This document shows, piece after piece, positions 1 through 11,075 of a DNA stretch of 64,000 bases. The DNA is from Mobula hypostoma. Its lineage: Eukaryota. The position numbers and the translations under genes were made by a program. The stretch spans positions 227,046,001 through 227,110,000 of the forward strand of contig NC_086097.1 of the NCBI RefSeq assembly GCF_963921235.1, given 5' to 3'. The notes beneath the pieces are model-generated. The model was not told the origin of the DNA. It made no database searches and worked only from the letters and a program-made list of their open reading frames with translations. Position 1 is the stretch's first letter; each line of letters begins with the position of its first letter.

Positions 1-159
1 TTGGATCTTATTGGAAGAGTTTATGGACATAGTTCATCTACAAGATGTAACATTCCAAAAATTCCTTAGATCATAAAATAGTACTCACAGGTTAGAAGGT
101 AGCAAAAATCACTATTTAAAATAAGTGGGAAGATTAAAAACAGGTATTTGTATTACCAC

Positions 160-650
160 TTAACCTGACGTCAGAAGTAGGAGAATATATTATTGAAGAA
201 GTGGTAATAGGACACTTAGAATTTTATAATGGGATTGTTTAGAGTCAACATGAACTTATGAAAAGAAGATCAAGATTGGCAACAAGAATAAATGAGGACA
301 AACCAGTGTTTGGATTTCCCAATGGCCTTTGATAAGATTCCACCCAAGAGATTGTGAAGCAAAATTAGTATAACCTGCTAATGTAATAGAAAGTAAATAA
401 AAGTGAGGTTACAGGAATTATGAAACATGGATATAAGCGGTGGAAAAACAATCTGTTTCAAAGAGGAAAAATGTAAATTCTTTAACTAAAATACAAACAT
501 ATGTGGGATTATGGATTTTGAGGTGAATGTAATAAAGTTTCAGGGTGATATAGACAGTGTGCAGAGATATAGATTATAAAACTGAAAAATATGGGGTCAT
601 CCTGTATGTTAGAAAAAGCAGAAAAGCAGTACATTTCTAACTGGTAAGCA
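160..650 (+). mobile_element. Old, degraded CR1 LINE RT fragment
   Basis: Decayed versions of CR1 ORF2 motifs found intact elsewhere in the window (gagtcaacatg.. for SQHGF; ggatttcccaatggcctttgataag for DFQKAFDK). No ORF. Confidence 0.5.
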
Positions 651-1239
651 GTTTTTGGATTTTTTCTGTTCAGAGAGACCTGAACATTATTCTTATGGTC
701 TTATAACATTAAGAGTCAGAAAATATTTTAAGTACACCAGGCAGATTTTGCCATGGAAGAGTGTGGAGGATTCTCTCTACAATCTCATTCAGAGCAGAGC
801 CTCACATTGTCATATGCCATTAGAACCATTCTCCAACTGTACTAAGAATGCACCATCTGTAGAATGGTGTCCCATTAGTAGGAGGCATATACAAGCAGTG
901 CCTTTCCTGTGCAGACTTTGGTCCAGTAGATACACGCACAGTAGTGTTGTACCTTACTGATAATGCCACTGTACACCTGAGATAACATGCCTGGACCGTG
1001 TTGCATTCTAATAGTGCTGTGCTCAGCATGTTGTGGGTAAGGAAGAATTTTAATATAATGTAATTTAAAAATTTATGGAAGATCCTTCGTGCACGGTTGA
1101 TGCCTATCGGCTAGAGGAGAAGAAACAACTCAATGCCTGCTCTTGCTCAATTCTCAAGGCATGATGACAGAACAATCCAGATTCAGTTATGCTATTCATA
1201 ACAATCAAAAAGTTTCTGAGATCTGAACAGCAACATCAT

Positions 1240-1380
1240 ATAACCATACAACAATTACAGCACAGAAACAGGCCATCTTGGCCCTTCTAGTCTGTGCCAA
1301 ACTCTTACTCTCACCTAGTCCCACCGACCTGCACTCAGCCCATAACCCTCCATTCCTTTCCTGTCCATATATCTATCCTG
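1240..1380 (-). mobile_element. 5'-truncated CR1 3' tail
   Basis: cagcacagaaacaggccatcttggccc... resembles the CR1 3' ends at 49465 and 44600. Confidence 0.55.
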
Positions 1381-2419
1381 GAGAACTAATTTTCATTAAG
1401 CTTCCAATATTTGAAGGATGCAGAAGAGGAAAAGAGGTGTGAAGGAAAGTTATTAAAGTTCTAGTTTCCTTGCACATAGACTACACATATGCGTATTTTT
1501 CTCTGACCCATGGTAGGATTAATTTTTGAGTCCATTATCTCAGAGATAATTTAGTTTACAGTTGTTGCTTACATTATTGGCTGTAGGCTACTGCATCAAG
1601 CTCTGTTTGAGGGATGCACTGACTCATTCCATTGCTGCCTTGATAGCGTTTGTGTGGACCAGCCACAATACAAAGGCAAGTCAATTCCTTTGGGATTTGA
1701 GGAGCTTAGTCTGCACTGCCACAAAGCACCAGAAGGATTGACATCTATTGAAATTGAAGTGTTAGTAGTTCAGTCAAGTGTGGCTGCACTAAGTTATGGT
1801 CTTCCAACACAAAAGGCTGGTAAACGTAACCAGTCACTGCCATTGCTAGAGGATCATCCAACCCATTTCATTATTATTTAAAAGTACGATTAAAGCTGCA
1901 GTTAACCCTTGACTAATTTTTAAAGTAATGATTTTTTCAATTGTATTTTTAACCATTTGTTAGCGATAAATATGGCAAATGTATCATACTCTGTGCACCC
2001 TCATAGATTAATCAGTTAGGCAAAGGAAGATCAGTGGTTGGATACCTAATAAATTTCACAAAAAAAATTCTAGATGTCGTATTGATCTTCTTTTCATGGG
2101 TGACAGAAAACCTACAGAACACATTTTTGTGTGTGAACCCTTCTATTCCTTTAGAAAAGAACCCCTTCATTTTCTTCTACCAGCGAAGGTAGATACCAAA
2201 ATCCGTATAATAATGGAATACTAAATACGTAAATAAAGAATTTAAAAATAACTATGAACATTGAAATAATTTTTTAGAATTCAAAAAAACAATTAAAACC
2301 AATTCAGAATAAGACTATCTAAAATTGGTAACAACTTTCCTGACCACTTCCTAGTTCCTAGGTTTAGATTCCTTATTGACATTTTTGGTGCCTCAGTTCT
2401 CGCACTTTGATCACATCAC

Positions 2420-5400
2420 AAGACAAGCCAAAGGAGCAGAAGTAGGCCATTCGGCCCATCGAGTCTGCTCCGCCACTCCACCATGAGCTAAACTATTCTC
2501 CCATCTAGTTCCAATTTCCGGCATTTTCCCCATATCCTTTGATACCCTTACTAATTAGATACCTATCAATCTCCTCCTTTAAACACCCTCAATGAATGGG
2601 CCTCCACAGCTGTATGTGGCAACGAATTCCATAAATCCACGACCCTCTGGCTAAAAAAATTTCTCCTCATCTCTGTTTTAAATGGGTACCCTCTATTTCT
2701 AAGACTGTGGCCTGTTGTCCTGGACTCACGCACCAAGGGAAACAGCCTTTCCACATCTACTCTGTCTAACCCTTTCAACTTTCGAAATGTTTCTATGAGA
2801 TCCCCTCTCATTCTTCTATACGCTAATGAATATAGTCCAAGAGCCGACAAACGCTCCTCATATGTTAGCCCCTGCATTCCAGGAATTATCTTCGTAAATC
2901 TTCTCTGAACTTTCTCCAACATCAGAACATCCCTTCTAAGATGGGGGCCCAAAACTGCACACAGTATTCCAAATGAGGAATCACCAGTGCCCCATAGAGC
3001 CTCATCAACACCTCCTTACACTATTCTTCTTGAAATGAATGCCAACATAGCATTTGCTTTCCTTACTGCCGATCCAACCTGGTGGTTAATCTTTAGGGTA
3101 TCCTGCACGAGGACCCCCAAGTCCCTTTACACTTCCGATTTTTGAATTTTCTCCCCATCTAAATAATAATCTGCCCAATTATTTCTTCTTCCAAAATGTA
3201 CAACTGTACATTTCTCAACGTTGTATCTCATCTGTCATTTCTTTGCCCACTCTCCTAAACTGACCAAGTCTCTCTGCAACCTTTCTGTTTCTTCAGCACT
3301 TCCTGCTCCTCCACCTATTTTGGTGTCATCCGCAAATTTAGCCACAAAACTATTTAATCCATAATCTGAATCATCGATATACATTGTAAAAAGAAGCGGC
3401 CCCAAGACCGACCCCTGTGGAACACCACTAGTAACCGGCAACCAATAGGATCCCTTTATTTCCACCCTTTGCTTCATGCCTATCAGCCAATGCTCCACCC
3501 ATTCCAATATCTTTCCTGTAATTCCATGGGCTCTCAACTTATTAAGCAGCCTCTTATGCGGCACCTTATCGAAGGCCTTTTGAAAATCCAACATCCACAC
3601 CCTCTCCCTTATCAATCTTATTTGAGATTACATCAAAGAATTCCAATAGGTTGGTGAGGCAGGATCTTCCCTTCGTGAAACCATGCTGGCTTGGGCCTAT
3701 CTTGTCATGCACCTCGAGGTTTTTCATAACCTCATCCTTGAGGATCGGCTCCAATAACTTTCCAACTACCGATGTCAGACTAATAGGTCTGTAATTTTCT
3801 TTTTGTTGCCTCCCTTCTTCCTTAACAGCGGAACTACATTTGTGACCTTCCAGTCCTCTGGAACCATGCCAGAGTCTATTGATTTCCTGGAAGATCATTT
3901 CCAATGCCTCCACAATCTCCAAAGCCAGGAGACTTATCTATTCGTAGTCCATTTAGCTTCCCAAGCACTTTCTCTCTAGTAATCTTGACTGTACCTAATT
4001 CTATTCCCTGAGACCTCTGGCTGTCAGGTATGTTGCTAATGTCTTCCACTGTGAAGACAAGACTGATGCAAAACACTCAGTTAGTTCCTCTGCCGTCTCT
4101 TTGTTACCCATTATAAGTTCTCATTTTCAATTGGTCCTATATCTACCCGTGTCACTCTTTTACACTTCATATATTTAAAAAAAACTCTTAGTATCCTTTT
4201 CTATGTTAATTGCCAACTTCCTTTCATAATTCATCTTTTCTTTCCTAATGACTTTCTTAGTTTCCTTCTTTAAGTTTTTAATAGTCGTCCAGTCCTCAGT
4301 TTTCCCACTAATTTTTGGTTCCTTGTATGCTGTCTCTTTTGCTTTTATTTTAGCTTTAACCTCTCTCGTTAGCCATGATTTTCTTTTTTTTTGGAATATA
4401 TTTTTCCTGCACTTCTCTTATTTCTTGTAGGAATTTCATCCAATTCTGCTCTACCGTCCCTCTATCTAGCTTTTCAATCGACTTGGGCCAGTTCCTCTCT
4501 CATACCACTGTAATTTCCTTTGTTCCACTGAAATATCGATACACCTGATACCAGCTTCTCTTTTTCAAATTTGAAACTGAACTCAATCATATTATGATCG
4601 CTACTTCCAAGGGGTTCCATTACCTCCAGCTCCCTAATTGCCTCAGGTTCGTTACACAGCACCCAATCCAAAACAGCCAATCGCCTGGTGGGCTTATGGA
4701 CAAGCTGCTCCAAAAAACCATCCCGTAGGCATTCTGCAAACTCCCTCTCCTGAGCTCCAGTACCTTCCTGAATTTCCCAATCCACTTTCATATTAAAATC
4801 CCCCATAATTATCTTGACATTTTCCTTCTGACAATAGTGTCTATTAGTGTCTTTTTTCCCTTGCCATTTCTTAACTAGACCCGTAAGGATTCTACCTCTT
4901 CTGATCCTATGTTCCTTCTTTCTAGTGATTTGATATCGTTGGTTACCATCAGGGCCACGCCACCCCGTTTACGTACCTTCCTATCTTTCCTATACACTGC
5001 GTATCCTTGGACATTCAGCTCCCAATCACATCCATCATTTAACCATGACTCGGTTATGGCACAATGTCATATTTTTTAACCTGTAGCTGTACAACAAGGT
5101 CATCCACTTTATTTCTAATGCTGCGTGTATTTAAGTACATTGCATTTAGATCAGTTTCTCTTTTCTTTCTTTTCAAATCTTTTTATTGTATATATAGGAA
5201 AAATAACGAGTACATCGAAGTAACAACACTTAACATGCCTCAAAAAAAAATTATCTTAAAGATTGAAAACAAAATTTTGTGATAACAAAAAAAAGCCTAC
5301 TGAGCAGAAAAGTGAGAAAAAAAAAGAACCCATTAGGTGTACAACCCCGGAGCCATGCGTCATACAAAAAGCTTCTAAAAATAAACATCAAACTGCCAGC

Positions 5401-5760
5401 AAGAAAAGAAAATATACTAAAAAAATTTACAATTAGATCGTGGAAAAATTATATCTTTAGATCAGTTTCTATTACCGATTTTGCTATATTTCTATTGCAC
5501 AGCAAATTATCCTATCTATTCACCTGCCTGTCCTTCTTGCCATCTTTGCTGCACAGTATCTTTGACTTATTTCTATTTTCCTCTTCCTCGACCCTAACAC
5601 CCTGGTTTCCTTCCCCCGCCAACTTAGTTTAAACCCTCCATAACAGCTATATTAAACAATCCCACCAAGATATTAGTACCTTTTGAGTTCAGGTGTAACC
5701 CATCGTTTTTGTACAAGTCATACCTTCCCCAGAATAAATCCCAATGATCCAATGATCCAA
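2420..5760 (-). mobile_element. CR1 LINE (ORF2 APE endonuclease + RT, frameshifted)
   Basis: ORF fragments: GDFN..LDWVLCN..SDHN (APE, 4474-4806); NYRPISLTS, DFQKAFD, GVPQGSVLGP, FADD (RT); RRMRGDLIE..WNSLP (CR1 C-terminus). 3' UTR near 2420. Confidence 0.92.
5160..5455 (-). mobile_element. 5'-truncated A-rich-tailed non-LTR retroelement end (L1/Tx1-like) inserted in CR1
   Basis: 15-bp TSD TTTAGATCAGTTTCT at 5145-5159 and 5456-5470. The minus strand ends AATAAAAAGATTTGAAAAGAAAGAAAAG. Confidence 0.7.
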
Positions 5761-5879
5761 TGATCCTGGCAAACCCAAGCAAGATAGGGTTCTACCATTG
5801 CATTTCACCTTATATTCAGTAAACAGTGTGCTACAGGTGCCAACTATTGGTTATTTTTCTTCTTCATCATCCTTTTTTC

Positions 5880-8430
5880 TTGACTAGATTTTCAACAGCC
5901 TTTGTACACCATGGTTCCTGTACCCTATCATCCTTTCCCTGTCTCATTGGAATGTACCTATGCAGAACGCCACACAAATATCTGCTGTCATTTGCCACAT
6001 TTCTGCCGTACATTTTCCGAGAACATCTGCTCCCAGTTTATACTTCCAAGTTCCTGCCTGATAGCTTCATATTTCCCCTTACTCCACTTAAATGTTTTCC
6101 TAACTTGTCTTCTCCTATCCCTCACCAGTGCTACGGTAATCACTATCTCCAAAATACTCTCCCACTGAGAGACTTGACACCTGACCAGGTTCATTTCCCA
6201 ATACCAGATCAAGTACAGCCTCTCCTCTTGTAGGCTTATCCACATATTGTGTCAGGAAGCCTTCCTGACACACCTAACAACTCCACACCATCTGAACTCC
6301 TTGCTCTAGGGAGATGCCTAACAATACTGGGGAAATTAAAATCTTTCTCCATCATGACAACCCTGTTATTATTGCACCGTTCCAGAATCTGTCTCCCTAT
6401 CTGCTCCTCAATGTCCCTGTTACTATTGGACAGTCTATAAACAATCACTCAGTAGAGTTATTGACCCCTTCCCGTTTCGAACTTCCACCCACAGAGACTC
6501 CATAGACAACCCTCCATGACTTCCTTCTTTTCTGCAGCCGAGACACTATCTCTGATCAGCAGTGCCACACCCCCACCTCTTTTGCCTCCCTTCCTGTCCT
6601 TTCTGAAACATCTAAAGCCTGCCACTCTTAAGTAGCCATTCCTGCCCCTGAGCCATCCAAGTCTTGGTAATAGCCACAACATCATAGCTCCAAGTACCAA
6701 TTCACACTCTAAGCTCAAACGCTTTGTTCATAATACTCCTCGCATTAAAATAGACACATCTCAAACCGTCAGTCTGAGAACCCTTCTCTATCACCTGCCT
6801 ATCCTCCTTTTCACATTGCCTACAAGCTTTCTTGATCTGTGAGCCAACCGCCCCTTCCTGCATCTCTCCAGTTTAGTTCCCACAGCCCCAGCAATTCTAG
6901 TTTAAACTCTCCCCAATCACCTTAGCAACCTTTCCTGTCAGGATATTGGTCCCCCTCGGATTCAAATGGATCCCATCCTTATTGTACAGGTCACACCTGC
7001 CCCAAAAGAGGTTCCAGTGATCCAGAAATCAGAATCCCTGCCCCCTGTTCCAATCTCTCAGCCACACATTCATCCTCCACCTCACTCTATTCTTATACTT
7101 ACTGTCATGTGGCACAGGCGGTAATCCTGAGATTACTATTCTTGTTGTCCTGCTTCTCAGCTTCTTTCCTAACTCTCTGTTTATTTTCAGGACTTCTTCT
7201 CTTTTCCTACCTATGTTGTTGGTACCAATGTCTACTATGACTTCTGCCTGTTCATCTTCCCACTTCTGGATATTGTGGACGTGATCAGAAACATCCCGGA
7301 CCCTGGCACCTGGGAGGCAAACTACCATCCATGTTTCTTTCCTGTGTCCACAGAATCGCTTGTCTGACCCCCTAACTATAGAGTCTCCTATCACTGCTGC
7401 CATCCTTTTCCTTTCCCTACCCTTCTGAGTCGTGGCGTGTGGCCAAGTGGTTAGGGCGTTGGGCTCACGATCTGAAGGTCGTGGGTTCGAGTCTCGGCTA
7501 AGGCAGCATGTTGTGTCTTTGAGCAAGGCACTTAACCACACACTGCTCCAGTCCACCCAGCCGAAAATGGCTACCGACAAATGCTGGGCGTTAACCTCGC
7601 GATAGACTAGCGTCCTATCTGGGGAGGGGGGGTCGGGGGGGGGGAGTCTCGTACTCTCAGTCGCTTCACGCCACAGAATAAGCACTGGCCTGATGGGCCA
7701 CAAAGGCTTGGGACAGACTTTGACTTTGACCCTTCTGAGTCACAGGGCCAGATTCTGTGCCGGAGGCACGGCCACTGTTGCTTCCCCCAGGTAGGTCGTT
7801 TCCCCCCCCCCCCAACAGTACTCAAACAGGAGTACTTATTGTTAAGGGGGACAGTCACAGGAGTACTTTCTAGTATCTGACTCTTGCCCTTCCCTCTCCT
7901 GATTGTACCCACTTATCTGTCTCCCAAGGCCCCAGAGTGACTACTTGCCTATAGCTCCTCTCTATCACCTCCTCACTTGCCCTGACCAGATGAAGGTCAT
8001 CGAGCTGTATCTCCATTTCCCAACCCGGTCCCTAAGGAGCTGCAGCTAGACGTACCTGGCACAGGTGTGGCCATCTGGGAGGCTGGGAGTCGTCTTCAGG
8101 ACATCCCACATCTGACACCCAGTACAGAACACTGGCCTTGTAGACATACTTCCTATTCCTATTCTTCACAAGAAACTTACCTTGTCTCGACCCATCATTG
8201 TCAAAGCCCCATTGAGCCAAAACCCTCCTGCTCTGACTTCCTCTACTTTGGCGCCCCCTCTATAAAGCTGTCTTCTTTTTAATTTCTTCCCGCTGGTCTG
8301 ACTCGGTGACATCCATGGGCCTGCTCAGCTGTACCTCGATCAAGGCACTGAAGAAAAATGCTCTCCTTTTAAATTCTTCCCACCAGTCTACCTCGCAGAC
8401 GTCTACGTGCCTGCTCAGTTGTGCCTCAAT
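5880..8430 (-). mobile_element. CR1 LINE 5' part (ORF1 with SGNH-esterase-like domain and start of APE)
   Basis: VIGDSIVRG..CLPGARV..IGTNN..VISGL..RGQGF in ORF 7029-7703; APE fragments RKDRKGGKRGGGVALL and DFNFP. Confidence 0.85.
7432..7728 (+). mobile_element. tRNA-derived SINE
   Basis: Pol III A box TGGCCAAGTGG (7440-7450) and B box GGTTCGAGTCT (7484-7494); CORE-like TTGAGCAAGGCACTTAACC; (GACTTT)n tail; 13-bp TSD ACCCTTCTGAGTC at 7419-7431 and 7729-7741. Confidence 0.9.
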
Positions 8431-8477
8431 CTGCAATATTACCAGTAAATCTATGGTGTTCAGTACTGGGACGCTTT

Positions 8478-8700
8478 AGAGACACGAGATTACAGATGCT
8501 GGAATAGGGAGCAGGAAGCGCAGAATCAAATATCGCTGTGATGATTGTACGTTCTAGTATCAATTGTTAGGCGACAATAAAGTATAAAGTATATGGAGGA
8601 AAGATAAACAATCTGTTGGAGGAACTCCATGGGCTAAGCAGCATCTGTAGTTGTAAAGACATTGTTGACGTTTAGGATTAACATAATACAGGGTCCTGGC
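8478..8700 (-). mobile_element. Degraded Penelope terminal-repeat fragment containing a short LINE 3' tail
   Basis: cagatgctgg..gaggaactc..gcagcatct..gacgttt matches the Penelope repeats at 25065 and 46680. Interrupted by a piece ending aataaagtataaagtat. Confidence 0.5.
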
Positions 8701-8884
8701 CATTATTATATGTTCTTTCCTACTGTACAATATTTTGACTCAGAAATATCCTTTTTTTTTCTCCTGCAAATCTCCATGACATACCACAGGAGTAATTTCA
8801 CATAGACTGAAACAATTTAACAAGATTGCTCACCATAATCTTCTCACTTTAAAATAGGGAAGGGCAATAAATGCTACCCTCGGT

Positions 8885-9390
8885 AGTGAACACATGTTTG
8901 TGATCTTCTTTGGCTGGAGCCCATCCACTTCAAGGTTCAGCGTGTTGTACATTCAGAGATGATTTTCTGAACACCGCTGTTATGGCACGTGGTTATTTGA
9001 GTTACTGTTGCCTTCCTGCTAGCTTGAACGAGTCTGGCCATTCTCCTCTCTCATTAACAAGGCGTTTTCACAACAGAATTGCCATTCCCTGGATGTTTTT
9101 TCTGTTTTTTGCACCATTCTTTATAAGCTCTAGAAAGTGTTGTGTGTGAAAATCCCAGGAGATGAGCAGTTTCTGAGATACTCAAGCCACCCCGTCTGGC
9201 ACCAACAATCATTCTACCATCAAAGTCACTTAGATCACATTTCTTCCCCATCCTGATGTTTTGTTTGAACAGCAACTGAACCTCTTGACCATGTTTGCAT
9301 GATTTAATGCATTGAGTTGTTGCCACATGATTAGCTGATTAGATATTTGCATTAATGTACAGGTGTACTTAATAAAGTAGTCTGAGTATA
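8885..9390. mobile_element. Non-autonomous Tc1/mariner element (partial), same family as 22875-23453
   Basis: Collinear with 22920-23453. Right end tacaggtgtacttaataaagt..gagtata. Minus-strand remnant MGKKCDLSDFD..IVGARRGGLSISETA (Tc1 HTH). Confidence 0.75.
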
Positions 9391-10260
9391 TATTCTGATG
9401 ATAAATAAAATGTAAAAGGATAAAATGTTAATGAAAAGTTACACAAACATATAAAGCTATTGTAAATTTAACTTTGGTTGCTACTTTTTACATTTGTGCT
9501 GTTTATACTAAATTTTTTTTTTCCAGGTATGGTTGTGTGCTAGCATAATGTATATTTGTATAGGTTTATCTCCTTCTTTGTAGATATGCATTATATTTTG
9601 AGAGAATAAGTTGTGACTTTGCCTTAAGTCTAGAAAACAACTTGAAATAAATATTGTTATGTCACATAACTGAAGGGTGTCCATTAATATAGCATTCTCA
9701 TTTGACCTACTGTGCATGGAATAGGTGCCTCACCATGGTAACCTTGGCCTTGTGAATTTCAAATCGGTAAATCATTTGAACCCTTTCCATGTAATGCTTC
9801 TAATGTCTGTGCAATTGAAATGTCATGCTTCACAAACAAAAAGGCTAGTAATTTCTTATGGGTGATTAAACTATCTTTATAATGTAGGAGTGTATTTAGA
9901 ACTGTAATACCATTAGTCAAAGTAAAATTCAGTATTTCCTTCCAAAATCCTATTGTAGGCATGCTTTTCAGTTTGTGTTATGTTGTATTTCAGTTACTTG
10001 TATTTTGATAAGTGATGTTTGTTTTAGAAATCTCTTTCTAACTCTCTGTAAAGAAATAAAGCTTACATTGATTTTCTAAAAATATTGTGGTGAGCATTTC
10101 GTCCATAATGACTGGCGAGGAAGCTTGTTGAACTCAACAACCATTTTATTGTGATAAACACAAAACAGACTGGGCACCGTGACCTGGAGGGTGAACCCCA
10201 CCCAGTCTCACACTAATGGAGGAGGTGACGATCACACAACCCGGTTACAATTAGGGTGAC

Positions 10261-10853
10261 TGTCGTGGTTTATCGTTTCTCACAAACGACAAGGAGACGC
10301 AGAAAACTGGTCAGGACGTTTTAAACTATAATTTGCAAATCAAAACTGAGACAATCAGAAAGCCAGTAGCTGACTGCCCATCGAGGCTTGTATACAACAT
10401 TTTTTATAACAATTTCCTATCTTAGCTACATTAACATATCCAGTCGGCCTGTGATTATATATCATCAATATATCCGCTCTCGACTTTCCACTATTGTTTT
10501 ACTCCCCAACTTAATTATATCCTAGTTTACATTTTAGACCAGGTGTCCTCTCATCCCTAACCACAGTTATTTCTTAATTAGTCTTGTGTTGACATACTGC
10601 CACATATTTCATCACCTTACTCGCCACCGTTATCTTTCTACTTGGTTTCATTCTAGTTCTGTTCATGAATTAATAGTGATTAGGTCAAAAGTCATGGCTA
10701 TATAGTGAATACCTTCTATTGAGCTCGCAGTGGTTACATAGTAAATATAGAAAATACAATGTGTGCATTTGAGTAAATACTGAAATACTGTTGAGTAAAT
10801 ACTGTAATACATAGAAAATACAATGTATGCGTTTACATTTTCCAATATAAACA
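10261..10853 (-). repeat. ERV 3' LTR
   Basis: Direct repeat of 19980-20566 (about 27 substitutions in 587 bp by manual count, no net indel). TG...CA termini, adjacent to the PPT. Confidence 0.95.
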
Positions 10854-10878
10854 TCCCTTTGAGACCCACAGGGTCTCA
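10854..10878 (-). promoter_or_regulatory. Short polypurine tract (AAAGGGA) with an adjoining 8-bp hairpin
   Basis: Minus strand reads TGAGACCC-TGT-GGGTCTCA-AAGGGA-TGTTTA.. directly into the 3' LTR start. Confidence 0.7.
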
Positions 10879-11075
10879 TACAGAGAGAGAGAGGACTGAG
10901 AGTCTATGCACAAAAGCTCAAATAAAGCCCCGCATTTACTCCCAAATTTGGGTTAAACTATAGTTTCCTGCGCTTAGGACTCAAGTTGTTCTCTCCCTAA
11001 CTCCCTAGGCCGCTGAGCCAAAAACCCATCCCTTCGTATCTCAGACAGGAAAAAAGACTCAGGAGCCTTCACAGC

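Noticed and set aside
655..1040. Possible host exon (ORF 655-960, GTAAGG donor near 1037)
   Set aside because: No recognisable protein similarity and no consistent open exon frame.
7432..7505. tRNA gene
   Set aside because: It is the head of a SINE: it continues into a SINE body and tail and is bounded by a TSD.
10663..10879. ORFs in the LTRs (also 20382-20922)
   Set aside because: AT-rich, low-complexity translations of duplicated U3 motifs, with no coding signature.
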